Shown here piece by piece: positions 17,835 to 28,348 of a stretch of DNA of 64,000 bases (its first letter is position 1; each line of letters starts with the position of its first letter). Position numbers and translations under genes: made by a program. The DNA comes from Roseovarius sp. (GTDB lineage Bacteria > Pseudomonadota > Alphaproteobacteria > Rhodobacterales > Rhodobacteraceae), in assembly GCF_048264965.1 (NCBI RefSeq), contig NZ_JBLXCN010000013.1; one strand, given 5' to 3'. Under the pieces are notes generated by a model. That model had not been told where the DNA came from and ran no database searches. It worked only from the letters and a program-made list of their open reading frames with translations.

Positions 17835-19742
17835 ATGCAGCCAACTGGCGGCCAGACAGAAGAAATGACGATTGCAGGGCTGAACCTTATTCAGCAGGCC
17901 CTGACGATCTATGACCGCAATCTGCGGCTGGCGGTCTGCAACCGGCGGTTTCAGGAAATGTTCGACCTGCCACAGGGGCTTGTGACACCGGGGGCCGATT
18001 TTTCCGACACGATCCGCTATCTTGCGATGCGCGGCGATTATGGCGATGTCGGCGATATTGATGACTTCGTGCAAACCCGCGTCGAACAGGCAAGCACCTT
18101 CGAGCGGCACTACATGGAGCGCACCCGCGCCAATGGCCGCACCATCAGCGTGGAAGGGTCGCCCCTGCCGCAGGGCGGTTGGGTGACGGTCTATACCGAC
18201 ATCAGCCGCACCAAGCAGCAAGAGGCGCTGTTGCGGGGCCGCTCCGAAGAACTGTCGGATCAGCTTTTGACCTATTCCGAAGAACTGGCCGCCACCAACC
18301 GCCAGCTTGAATCGACCATCACCGCCCTTGAAGAGGCCAAGCGGCAGATCACCGAGGCCGAGGCGCGCACGCGCCTCACCGCCGAAATGATGCCCGCCCA
18401 TATCGCGCATGTCGGCCCGGATCGCTGTTATACCTATTCCAACCGCCGCCTGACCTCGGTGATGCCGGGCTCTAAGGCCGAGATCATCGGGGTGCATGCC
18501 GCCGAGGTTCTCGGGGCGCAGCCCTGGTCGGTGATCGGACCACAGCTTGACAAGGCCTATGCCGGAGAACCCTCGGTGTTCGAGTTCTCGCACGAGCCAA
18601 GCTCTCGCCGGATCAGGGTGGCGCTGACGCCGGACCAAAGTGCCGGCGGGGTCTATATCCTGTCGATGGATATCACCGAGGAAAGCCAAACCCGCGCCGC
18701 CCTGCAACAGACCCGGCGCCGCGAAATGGCGGCACAGCTAACCAGCGGGCTGGCGCATGATTTTTCAAACCTTCTGACGATCATTCTGGGCATGCAGTCG
18801 CGGCTTGGCCGGATGGGGCTTCCGGCGCAAGCGGATGAGCTGATCAATGCCACGCTGGCGGCGGCGCGGCGCGGCGGCGGTCTTTTGAACCGGATCGCCG
18901 ATATTACCGGGCCGCGCGAGCATGAACCGGTGCCGACCGATCTGGTGGCATTTCTTGCCGATCTGGAAACGCTGGCCCGTTCGGCGCTTCCTGCAGGCAT
19001 CACCCTTGGCATCGAAAACATCGACGCCAGCGATCGCTATCTTCTGGATGCCGGGATGTTGCAGGATTCGCTTTTGAACCTGTTGCTGAACGCGCGCGAT
19101 GCCTGTGGCAGCCGCGGCAGCATCACCCTGACGGCGACGGCGTTGCAGGGCACCTGGCTTGAATTCGCGGTCACCGATACCGGTCCCGGCTTTACCCCCG
19201 ATGCGCTTGTTCATGCGCTTGATCCGTTCTTTACCACCAAGGGCGGCGAGGGCTCGGGGCTTGGGCTTTCGATGGTCTATGACATGACCAAGCTGGCCGG
19301 CGGGCGGATTGCGCTTGCCAATGGCGACCAAGGCGGGCGCGTCTCGCTGCGCCTGCCGCTGCGCCCGGCCGGGGCGACACGCCCGCCGGGCCTTGTGCTT
19401 TTGGTCGAGGACAGCCCCGATCTGCGCAGCACCCTGCGTGACATGCTGCGCAGCGCCGGTCACAGCGTGATCGAGGCCACAAGTGTGGATGAGGCACAGG
19501 CGCTGATCACCGAACTGCCCGAGATTTCCGCGGTGCTCTCTGATATCGTGCTTGAGGGGGACAAGACCGGGCTCGATCTTGCCGCCCTGCCCCGCCGGGC
19601 CGATTGCCCGCTGGTTCTTATGACATCGCTGCCGCCCGACGATCCGCTGCACCGCGTCGCCGCAGGGGCGGGCCCGGTGTTGCGCAAACCCTTTACCGCG
19701 ACCCAGCTTGACGCGGCCCTCAACACCGGAGTTCGCCCATGA
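17835..19742 (+). CDS. PAS-domain hybrid sensor histidine kinase with C-terminal receiver
   Basis: PAS fold, H-box GLAHDFSNLL, N-box LLNLLLNARDA, DTGPGF, FFTTK, GSGLGL; receiver LLVEDS...SD...RKPF. Confidence 0.92.
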   Translation: MQPTGGQTEEMTIAGLNLIQQALTIYDRNLRLAVCNRRFQEMFDLPQGLVTPGADFSDTIRYLAMRGDYGDVGDIDDFVQTRVEQASTFERHYMERTRANGRTISVEGSPLPQGGWVTVYTDISRTKQQEALLRGRSEELSDQLLTYSEELAATNRQLESTITALEEAKRQITEAEARTRLTAEMMPAHIAHVGPDRCYTYSNRRLTSVMPGSKAEIIGVHAAEVLGAQPWSVIGPQLDKAYAGEPSVFEFSHEPSSRRIRVALTPDQSAGGVYILSMDITEESQTRAALQQTRRREMAAQLTSGLAHDFSNLLTIILGMQSRLGRMGLPAQADELINATLAAARRGGGLLNRIADITGPREHEPVPTDLVAFLADLETLARSALPAGITLGIENIDASDRYLLDAGMLQDSLLNLLLNARDACGSRGSITLTATALQGTWLEFAVTDTGPGFTPDALVHALDPFFTTKGGEGSGLGLSMVYDMTKLAGGRIALANGDQGGRVSLRLPLRPAGATRPPGLVLLVEDSPDLRSTLRDMLRSAGHSVIEATSVDEAQALITELPEISAVLSDIVLEGDKTGLDLAALPRRADCPLVLMTSLPPDDPLHRVAAGAGPVLRKPFTATQLDAALNTGVRP

Positions 19743-20440
19743 CCGCGCCGCTTGTGACCATTCTGGATGACGAACCCGCCATCCGCAGCATGTTGGCCGA
19801 TGCGCTGAACGAGGCCGGGTTTCGCACCATGGCCTTTGGCCGCGCGACCGAATTCGAGGCCGCCCTGCGATCGACAACGCCCGATGTCTGCCTAGTCGAT
19901 CTGTCGCTGCCCGATCGCGACGGGCTGACGCTTGTGCATCGTCTCGCGCTTGAACAGGGGGCGACGGTAATCATCATTTCGGGCCGCGCACAGGTGCAGG
20001 ACCGGGTGACCGGGCTTGAGCTTGGGGCCGATGATTACATCATCAAACCGTTCGATCCCGCCGAGGTTGTCGCCCGCATCCGTGCCCGCCTGCGCCGCGG
20101 CGCGCCAAGCCCGCAAAGTGGCGAAACGGCGCGGTTCAATGGATGGGTGGCGCATTTCGACCGCTATATCCTTGAGGATGACACCAAAACGGAAACCCCG
20201 TTTTCGCATGCCGAGGGCGAGGTTCTCCGGCTGTTCCTGGAACGCCCCAAGCGGCTTATTTCCCGTCAGACCATGCAAGAGGCGCTTGGCGGCGCCGCCA
20301 GCGAAAGCTTTGACCGGGCGATGGATGTGCGCATCTCGCGGCTGCGCACCAAGCTTCGGGAAGACCCCAAGAACCCGCGTCTGATCAAGACGATCTACGG
20401 CGCGGGCTATATCTTTCTCGGCGATGTGGTCTGGGGCTGA
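19739..20440 (+). CDS. OmpR-family response regulator
   Basis: ILDDE, VDLSLPDRDG, GADDYIIKPF, wHTH DVRISRLRTKL; ATGA overlap with the kinase. Confidence 0.93.
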   Translation: MTAPLVTILDDEPAIRSMLADALNEAGFRTMAFGRATEFEAALRSTTPDVCLVDLSLPDRDGLTLVHRLALEQGATVIIISGRAQVQDRVTGLELGADDYIIKPFDPAEVVARIRARLRRGAPSPQSGETARFNGWVAHFDRYILEDDTKTETPFSHAEGEVLRLFLERPKRLISRQTMQEALGGAASESFDRAMDVRISRLRTKLREDPKNPRLIKTIYGAGYIFLGDVVWG

Positions 20441-20441
20441 C

Positions 20442-21314
20442 TCAGGCGGCAAAGACGCGCCGATGCTCGCGAAAATAGGCCCGGAGCAGGGCCCGGAATG
20501 CGCTGACCTTGGCGCCGGGCCAGACATCGGCATGCGCCACCGCCCAGATCGGGGCATAGGGGCTTGGCTCCATCACCGGCACCTGTACCAGCCCCGGCGT
20601 GCCGCGCCCGATGAACATCGGCATGCGCACCACACCAAGCCCGGCCTGCGCCGCGCCGATCATCGCGATCATGTCGTCAAATCGCGCCCGCACAAAGGCG
20701 CGCCGATTGCGGGCAAGGGCCGCCTCGGGCACGCCCTTGGTCTGGTCATAGACGATCCAGCCGGTGGCGGCCTCAGGCGCCTGCGCAATGCGGCGGGCGA
20801 TCTCGGGGCTGGCGAAGGCGGCGGTGTGCTGATCGCAAAGACGCAGACCTTTCAGGGCATCGCCGGGGTTCGCACTGACGCGTATCGCAAGATCGGCGCG
20901 GCGACGGCCAAGATCGACAAGGTCATTGGCGGAATTGACCGACAGATCGACCTCGGGGTGAAGCGTGCAGAACCTGTCGATGACATGCACCAGATGCAGG
21001 TTTAGCAAAATCTGCGGCGCAGTGATGACCAGCGGGCCGCGCAGGGTCTCATCGCGGCCCTGTAACTGGCGCATGAGGGCGTTTTGGTGCTGTTCCATCT
21101 GTTCGGCGTGGCGCGCCGCCAAAAGGCCGATGTCGGTCGGGCGATAGCCCTCGGTCAGACGCTCGAACAGTTTTTGGCCAAGCGCCTCTTCGGCCCGCGT
21201 GATCCGCCGTGCGACGGTGGTGTAATTCACGCCAAGCCCCTGGGCGGCGCGGCCAAGCGTGCCTTCCCTGACCACCGCGAGGATGGTTTTAAGATCGTCC
21301 CAGTCGATGTCCAT
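20442..21314 (-). CDS. LysR-family transcriptional regulator
   Basis: WDDLKTILAVVREGTLGRAAQGLGVNYTTVARRI HTH; LFERLTEGYRPT. Confidence 0.92.
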   Translation of the reverse strand: MDIDWDDLKTILAVVREGTLGRAAQGLGVNYTTVARRITRAEEALGQKLFERLTEGYRPTDIGLLAARHAEQMEQHQNALMRQLQGRDETLRGPLVITAPQILLNLHLVHVIDRFCTLHPEVDLSVNSANDLVDLGRRRADLAIRVSANPGDALKGLRLCDQHTAAFASPEIARRIAQAPEAATGWIVYDQTKGVPEAALARNRRAFVRARFDDMIAMIGAAQAGLGVVRMPMFIGRGTPGLVQVPVMEPSPYAPIWAVAHADVWPGAKVSAFRALLRAYFREHRRVFAA

Positions 21315-21318
21315 GCAT

Positions 21319-21361
21319 GCGTTTTCGCACGCATGATACGCAAATACACGCGTTTTCGCAC
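21319..21361. promoter_or_regulatory. Probable LysR operator pair in the divergent LysR/DUF1330 promoter
   Basis: Exact 12-bp direct repeat GCGTTTTCGCAC at 21319 and 21350 (31-bp spacing), each with a GCG-TTTT-CGC dyad. Confidence 0.55.
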
Positions 21362-21410
21362 TTCTCGTCAGGTTTTATCTAGGCCTCTCACCACTCACGG
21401 AGACAATACC

Positions 21411-21692
21411 ATGATCTATGCCTACGCTGCTTTAACCATCACCAACCCCGATTCACTTGCCGCCTACCGCGAAAAGGCGGGCGCGGCGCTTGCGACCTAT
21501 GGCGGAAGCGTCGTTACGGCCAGCAAGGAACCCACCGTTTTGGACGGGGCACCGACACTGCCCGATATGGCCGCAATCCTGGCCTTTCCGGATCGCGAGT
21601 CCGCGCTTGGCTGGATCAACGACCCCGAGTTGGCAGATGTTCACGCCCTGCGCCGGGGCGCAGGTGGCTCGGACGCCATTCTGTTGGGCTGA
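21411..21692 (+). CDS. DUF1330 family protein
   Basis: YREKAGAALATYGG...AILAFPDRESALGW...; GGAG RBS; divergent from LysR. Confidence 0.82.
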   Translation: MIYAYAALTITNPDSLAAYREKAGAALATYGGSVVTASKEPTVLDGAPTLPDMAAILAFPDRESALGWINDPELADVHALRRGAGGSDAILLG

Positions 21693-21920
21693 TTCCGGCG
21701 CTTGGCGGGCGCGGCGGCCGGTCACGGCTGACAAGCGACGCGCTCGCGCCGCCCGCGCCCCATGATCCATTTGGAGATTTGCCGTTTATGTCCTAGCAAT
21801 GGGTAGAAGGTTTCATGGCGCCAACGGGATTGTGACCCCATGTGCCATGCCTTCAACTTGTTTATTGCGCGACCGGATTAGATTTACCTCCAAACACTTT
21901 TCCCGATCAGGGCAGATACC

Positions 21921-22973
21921 ATGAGCCAAACCAGCACCGACCCGACACAAGGCATGTCAAAGGCCGTCATGGGGGCAGCGCTCGTCTGGCTGGCGGTGAT
22001 CGTCTATGCGTCGGCAAATTCCATCGTGTCGCTTCTGGCCGATATAGGACGAGAGCACCCGGTTATGGGGCGCAACGCCATCACCCTGTGCAATCTACTG
22101 TTTCTCGGCTCGCTGCTTTCCCTGATCCCGATGGGGTTCATGTTCTACAAGGACTGGACGCTGGCGAACCTGCGCAAGCTGACGCGCAGGGACTGGGGCG
22201 TGTTGTCCCTGTCGGCGCTGTTGTCCTCAGCGATCACACCGGCCCTATTCTTTATCGCGCTCGATTACACGACGGTCACCAATGTGGTGCTGATAGGGCG
22301 GATCGAACCGCCGCTGTTCCTGCTCACGGCCTATCTGATCCTCGGCGAAAAGCTTGACCCGTGGGCGTTTGGCGCCGGTCTGATCGCGCTCGGCGGGGCG
22401 CTTGCGATGCTTGTGATGAACAGTGAGGGCATGTCGTTTGAATTTGGCCGTGGCGAGATCGCGACGGTCTTCGCCACCCTGTCCTTTATCGCCTCGACCA
22501 TCGTCAGCCGGGTCGGTCTCGGCGGTATTCCACTCGGCATCTTCTCGATCTATCGCACCGTCGTGGGCACGATCATTTATTATTTTCTCGCGATGTACCT
22601 TTACGGCGCGCTGCATTTTCAGGACATTTTCGCCGGTATCGTCTGGAAATGGGTCTGGGTCTATGCGGTGGTGGTTATCATCGTCGGTCAGTTTTCATGG
22701 ACACTCGGCCTGAAATACGCGCGCTCGGGCGATATCTCGCTGGCGACATCGTTTTCCCCGGTCGCAGCGCTTATCATCGCCATGCTCATGTTGGGCGAAG
22801 ATCCCGGCCCCGGCCTTGTCCCCGGCGGCGCGATCATCCTGATCGGGATCGGAATCGGGCAATTCGGCCGCCTGCGCCGCCAAAAGGCCGAACGGCGCGC
22901 CGCACAGGCGCGGAAGATGGATGTTGACGACGCGTTGGAAATCGAAGGGCGGGTCAATTTCAAAGGCGCCTGA
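21921..22973 (+). CDS. DMT/EamA-family transporter
   Basis: About 10 hydrophobic helices in two EamA repeats; IALDYTTVTNVVLIGRIEP. Confidence 0.85.
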   Translation: MSQTSTDPTQGMSKAVMGAALVWLAVIVYASANSIVSLLADIGREHPVMGRNAITLCNLLFLGSLLSLIPMGFMFYKDWTLANLRKLTRRDWGVLSLSALLSSAITPALFFIALDYTTVTNVVLIGRIEPPLFLLTAYLILGEKLDPWAFGAGLIALGGALAMLVMNSEGMSFEFGRGEIATVFATLSFIASTIVSRVGLGGIPLGIFSIYRTVVGTIIYYFLAMYLYGALHFQDIFAGIVWKWVWVYAVVVIIVGQFSWTLGLKYARSGDISLATSFSPVAALIIAMLMLGEDPGPGLVPGGAIILIGIGIGQFGRLRRQKAERRAAQARKMDVDDALEIEGRVNFKGA

Positions 22974-23021
22974 TCGCGATGACCGACGGACTGGCGATGC
23001 CTCTGTCATATCAGGGAAACA

Positions 23022-23096
23022 TGGTGCTGCTGGGGAGGATTGAACTCCCGACCTCGTCATTACCAATGACGCGCTCTACCACTGAGCTACAGCAGC
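23022..23096 (-). tRNA. tRNA-Thr (GGT)
   Basis: Reverse complement GCTGCTGTAGCTCAGTGGTAGAGCGCGTCATTGGTAATGACGAGGTCGGGAGTTCAATCCTCCCCAGCAGCACCA. Confidence 0.98.
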
Positions 23097-23110
23097 ACAC
23101 TGTGGCGCGC

Positions 23111-23139
23111 TGATTAGCCCCTAATCGCGCGTGGTGCAA
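23111..23139 (-). promoter_or_regulatory. Sigma70 promoter of tRNA-Thr
   Basis: TTGCAC-17 nt-TAATCA on the minus strand. Confidence 0.6.
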
Positions 23140-23182
23140 GGGGTAACTGGACGGTTTTTCATCGCTGCTGTAAAGAAGCGGT

Positions 23183-23350
23183 ATGAGCAAAAAGCAATCA
23201 CAAAAACCCGGCGGGAAACCAGGCCAAAACCGTGAAGACAGGCTAAAATCGGCATTGAAGGCCAATCTTGCCCGGCGTAAGGCCCAAATGCGTGCCCGTA
23301 CCGATGACAAACCGGACGATCAGGCAACCGGCAATGAGGACAAAGGGTAG
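23183..23350 (+). CDS. Small basic protein (55 aa) upstream of murA; absent from the ORF track
   Basis: Manual translation [55 protein letters not shown]; stop 5 nt before murA ATG. Confidence 0.7.
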   Translation: MSKKQSQKPGGKPGQNREDRLKSALKANLARRKAQMRARTDDKPDDQATGNEDKG

Positions 23351-23355
23351 AGCAG

Positions 23356-24624
23356 ATGGATTCGATTATCGTTACGGGCAATGGCCCGCTCAAGGGGCAG
23401 ATCCCGATCGCCGGGGCCAAGAATGCCTGTCTGACGCTGATGCCTGCCACGCTTTTGAGCGAAGAGCCGCTGACCCTGACCAATGCGCCGCGCCTGTCGG
23501 ACATCAAGACGATGACCACGCTGCTGCAATCGCTTGGCGCCGAGGTGTCGCAGTTGCAGGACGGTCAGGTGCTGGTGATGTCGAGCCATGCGTTGGACAA
23601 TCACGTCGCCGATTATGACATCGTGCGCAAGATGCGCGCCTCGATCCTTGTGCTGGGTCCGATGCTTGCACGCGACGGGCATGCGGTCGTGTCGCTGCCG
23701 GGGGGCTGTGCGATTGGGGCGCGTCCGGTCGATCTTCACCTCAAAGCGCTCGAGGCGATGGGCGCCGAGCTAGAGTTGAAAGACGGCTATGTGCATGCCC
23801 GCGCGCCCGGCGGGTTGCGCGGCGGCATGGTGGATTTTCCAATCGTATCGGTCGGGGCCACGGAAAACGCGCTGATGGCGGCAACGCTGGCCAAGGGCAC
23901 CACGGTGTTGAAAAACGCCGCACGCGAACCCGAGATCGTTGACCTGGCCCACTGCCTGCGCCGCATGGGCGCGCAGATCGAGGGCGAGGGCACACATACC
24001 ATCACCATTCAGGGCGTTGATCGCCTTGGCGGCGCCACCCATCCGGTTGTGACCGACCGGATCGAGCTTGGCACCTATATGCTGGCCCCTGCCATTTGCG
24101 GTGGCGAGGTCGAGCTTTTGGGCGGGCGAATCGACCTTGTCGGTGCGTTCTGCGAAAAACTCGACGCGGCCGGCATCAGCGTCGAGGAAACCGCCAAGGG
24201 CCTCAAGGTCAGCCGCAAGAACGGCAAGGTACGGGCGGTCGATGTTGTCACCGAACCCTTCCCCGGCTTTCCCACCGATCTTCAGGCCCAGATGATGGCC
24301 CTGATGTGCACCGCTGAGGGCACCTCTGTTCTTGAGGAAAAGATTTTCGAGAACCGCTTCATGCATGCCCCCGAACTTATTCGGATGGGTGCCAATATCG
24401 AGGTCCACGGCGGCACGGCCACGGTGAAGGGTGTTGATCGCCTCAAGGGGGCGCCGGTGATGGCGACCGACCTGCGCGCCAGTGTTTCGCTTATTCTGGC
24501 GGGACTCGCGGCAGAGGGCGAAACAATCGTCAGCCGGGTCTATCATCTGGATCGCGGATACGAACATGTCGTGCGCAAGCTTGTCGGCGTCGGCGCCAAG
24601 ATCGAGCGGGTATCGGACAGATGA
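23356..24624 (+). CDS. murA: UDP-N-acetylglucosamine 1-carboxyvinyltransferase
   Basis: [25 protein letters not shown] (catalytic Cys), [20 protein letters not shown]. Confidence 0.98.
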   Translation: MDSIIVTGNGPLKGQIPIAGAKNACLTLMPATLLSEEPLTLTNAPRLSDIKTMTTLLQSLGAEVSQLQDGQVLVMSSHALDNHVADYDIVRKMRASILVLGPMLARDGHAVVSLPGGCAIGARPVDLHLKALEAMGAELELKDGYVHARAPGGLRGGMVDFPIVSVGATENALMAATLAKGTTVLKNAAREPEIVDLAHCLRRMGAQIEGEGTHTITIQGVDRLGGATHPVVTDRIELGTYMLAPAICGGEVELLGGRIDLVGAFCEKLDAAGISVEETAKGLKVSRKNGKVRAVDVVTEPFPGFPTDLQAQMMALMCTAEGTSVLEEKIFENRFMHAPELIRMGANIEVHGGTATVKGVDRLKGAPVMATDLRASVSLILAGLAAEGETIVSRVYHLDRGYEHVVRKLVGVGAKIERVSDR

Positions 24625-25088
24625 CACGGGACGCAACATTTGAGGACGGGCGCGAGGCCCCGCTGAACCTTGGGGCATTTGACCTTGATGACCTCAAGGT
24701 CATCTCGTCGCTGGCGCAGGATGCGGTCTTTCCGATCACCGAAATGACATGGCGTGCCGGTGAACGGCGCTTTGCGCTTTTGGTCAATCGGTTCCGCTGG
24801 GAGGATCAGGGTCAGGCCCGCCACGCCCCCGAACGCGTGCAATCGCTTTTGGTGGTCGACAATGTTTTACACATCGCCAGCCAGGGCATCGACCGCAACG
24901 ATCGCGATACCATCCTGTCGCTTTTGTCGATCACATTCGAGCCCGGCGAAGAAGGCGCGGGCCATGTCCTGTTGACCCTTGCGGGCGACGGCGCGATCCG
25001 GCTTGAGATCGAGGCGCTCGAAGTGACGCTAAAGGATGTCACCCGGCCCTATCTCGCACCGTCTCGCAAAGTGCCGGACCACGGCTAA
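24621..25088 (+). CDS. DUF2948 family protein
   Basis: [38 protein letters not shown]; ATGA overlap with murA. Confidence 0.85.
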   Translation: MTRDATFEDGREAPLNLGAFDLDDLKVISSLAQDAVFPITEMTWRAGERRFALLVNRFRWEDQGQARHAPERVQSLLVVDNVLHIASQGIDRNDRDTILSLLSITFEPGEEGAGHVLLTLAGDGAIRLEIEALEVTLKDVTRPYLAPSRKVPDHG

Positions 25089-25160
25089 CCTTTCTGCACC
25101 CCGCCGCGACAGACGTGGAGGGGTGCAGGGTCGGTCATCCGGGCCGAGCGACCCGAACCG

Positions 25161-25562
25161 TCACTTCTGAATCGATTCCAGATAATACGCGATTGACAGC
25201 ACACGCCCCCGAATGAGCGTTTCGGCACCATAGGGCCCCGTGTTTTCAACATCCTTCGCAAAGCGCTTGCCCCAGACAGGCATAGGATATCCGTGCCCGC
25301 GGGTGCCCTGACGCCCGTCAATCGAGTAAATGACATCAAGCATCGGGAACACACCGTCGTTGGCTGCGGCCAACCCCGTCAGCGCGGGCACCGGTACGGT
25401 CATCAGTTCGGCCAGCGGCCCGTCACCGGCGGCACTTGCACCGTGACACGCGGCGCAGGCATCCATGTATTCTTGCTTGCCCAGTTCGTCCGCCTGAACG
25501 GCCCCGCCCAGAAGACAGCCCAGAATGGCAATGGAACTTTGCAGCCTGATAAGTTTCAACAT
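25161..25562 (-). CDS. Periplasmic monoheme c-type cytochrome
   Basis: Signal peptide ending VQA, single CAACH, distal Met in GYPMPVWG. Confidence 0.88.
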   Translation of the reverse strand: MLKLIRLQSSIAILGCLLGGAVQADELGKQEYMDACAACHGASAAGDGPLAELMTVPVPALTGLAAANDGVFPMLDVIYSIDGRQGTRGHGYPMPVWGKRFAKDVENTGPYGAETLIRGRVLSIAYYLESIQK

Positions 25563-25617
25563 GCGTTTCTCCCTTCCACTTATTCGCGCGCATCATCGGA
25601 TGATGATTCGGTAAGGT

Positions 25618-25658
25618 ATTATCCGTCCGAAAATCCCGATGCTTTTGATCCGGATCAA
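25618..25658 (-). promoter_or_regulatory. FNR/FnrL box and class II promoter of the cytochrome c gene
   Basis: Perfect TTGAT-ccgg-ATCAA at 25645-25658; GATAAT -10 at 25623-25618 on the minus strand, placing the box centre about 41 bp upstream of the inferred start site. Confidence 0.8.
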
Positions 25659-25785
25659 AGCGGATATGGCGCCCGCCTGCGGCCGGTTGCGCCAATATGT
25701 CGGGGGCTGCAGTCGATTGCGGGCCCAATGCCTGCTTGAGGGGCCGGGGCACTCGGGCTATGTCACGCCAGACAGGAGACCCGAC

Positions 25786-27087
25786 ATGCCCGTATTCTTG
25801 AACGCCACCGATCCCGGCTTTGAAACCCAGTTTCAGACCCTTCTCAGCGCCAAGCGCGAAGACAGCCCCGATGTCGATGATATCGTGGCCGACATCATCA
25901 GGGACGTGCGCACGCGCGGCGATCAGGCAGTGATCGAGCTTACGGGGAAATTCGACCGTCTGGATCTGACGCCGGAGACATTGCGATTTTCACCCGAAGA
26001 GATGGCCGATCTGGTCGCGCAGGTTCCGGATGGCGAGCGCGCCGCACTTGAACTCGCCGCAGATCGTATTCGCGCCTATCACACCCGCCAATTGCCCGCG
26101 GATCAAAGCTGGACCGAAGACAACGGCGCGACGCTTGGCTGGCGCTGGACTCCGGTCAGCGCCGCCGGGCTTTACGTGCCCGGTGGGCTTGCGTCCTATC
26201 CGTCTTCGGTGTTGATGAACGCGATTCCGGCCAAGGTGGCGGGGGTGGAACGTCTGGCGATCGTGGTCCCGACACCCGATGGCTGCGCCAATCCGCTTGT
26301 CCTTCTGGCCGCACAGATCGCGGGGGTCGATGAGGTTTACCGCATCGGCGGCGCCCAGGCGATTGCCGCGCTCGCCTATGGCACCGAAACCATCGCCCCG
26401 GTCGACAAGATCACCGGCCCCGGCAATGCCTTTGTCGCCGCCGCCAAGCGCAGAGTGTTCGGCAAGGTCGGGATCGACATGATCGCCGGACCCTCCGAGA
26501 TTCTGGTGATTGCCGACGCCGGGCAGAACGCCGACTGGATCGCACTTGATATGCTAAGTCAGGCCGAGCATGACGAAAGCGCGCAATCCCTTCTGATCAC
26601 CGATGACGCCGAGCTTGCGAACGCCGTGAGCGCCGCGATCGAGCGCCACCTGGAAACGCTGGAACGCCGCGCCATTGCCGGGGCAAGCTGGCGCGACTTC
26701 GGGGCGATCATCCTTGTGCCCGACCTCGATCGCGCCGCGGACCTGAGCAACCGGATCGCGCCCGAACATCTTGAGCTGTGCGTGAACGACCCCGATGCCC
26801 TGTCGGAGAAAATCACCCACGCGGGGGCGATTTTCCTTGGGGCATGGACGCCCGAGGCGATTGGCGATTACGTGGGTGGACCCAATCACGTGCTTCCGAC
26901 CGCACGTTCTGCGCGGTTCTCAAGCGGCCTGTCGGTGATGGATTTCCTCAAGCGCACGACGCTGGCGAAAATGACGCCCGAAGCATTGCGCGCGATTGGC
27001 CCGGCGGCGGAAACCCTGGCCAAAAGCGAAAGCCTTGAGGCGCATGGCATGTCGGTACGTGCGCGGCTGGACCATCTCAACGACTAG
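25786..27087 (+). CDS. hisD: Histidinol dehydrogenase
   Basis: GLYVPGG, DKITGPGNAFV, IDMIAGPSE, SQAEHD, APEHLEL, EAIGDY, PNHVLPT; AGGAG RBS. Confidence 0.95.
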   Translation: MPVFLNATDPGFETQFQTLLSAKREDSPDVDDIVADIIRDVRTRGDQAVIELTGKFDRLDLTPETLRFSPEEMADLVAQVPDGERAALELAADRIRAYHTRQLPADQSWTEDNGATLGWRWTPVSAAGLYVPGGLASYPSSVLMNAIPAKVAGVERLAIVVPTPDGCANPLVLLAAQIAGVDEVYRIGGAQAIAALAYGTETIAPVDKITGPGNAFVAAAKRRVFGKVGIDMIAGPSEILVIADAGQNADWIALDMLSQAEHDESAQSLLITDDAELANAVSAAIERHLETLERRAIAGASWRDFGAIILVPDLDRAADLSNRIAPEHLELCVNDPDALSEKITHAGAIFLGAWTPEAIGDYVGGPNHVLPTARSARFSSGLSVMDFLKRTTLAKMTPEALRAIGPAAETLAKSESLEAHGMSVRARLDHLND

Positions 27088-27202
27088 GGTGTAAAACCGG
27101 CTGGTCACCGCGTGCAGCGGGCCGAATTCACCAAACCGGCGGCAGTTTGACGCTTACCGGGGCCAAACAGGCCCTTTCGCCCGAACCACCCGCCGCCTAT
27201 AA

Positions 27203-28318
<1,116 letters not shown>

Positions 28319-28348
28319 GACGCCCACCTTTTCCTAAAAGGGGACCCT

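Noticed and set aside
21693-21920. Possible riboswitch before the DMT gene
   Set aside because: Only a generic CATGGC...GCCATG stem; no conserved core of TPP, SAM, cobalamin, glycine or guanidine aptamers
20442-23096. Possible island integrated at the tRNA-Thr 3' end (LysR, DUF1330, DMT)
   Set aside because: No integrase and no duplicated tRNA 3' end found by eye; composition is mostly host-like. The same holds for tRNA-Val
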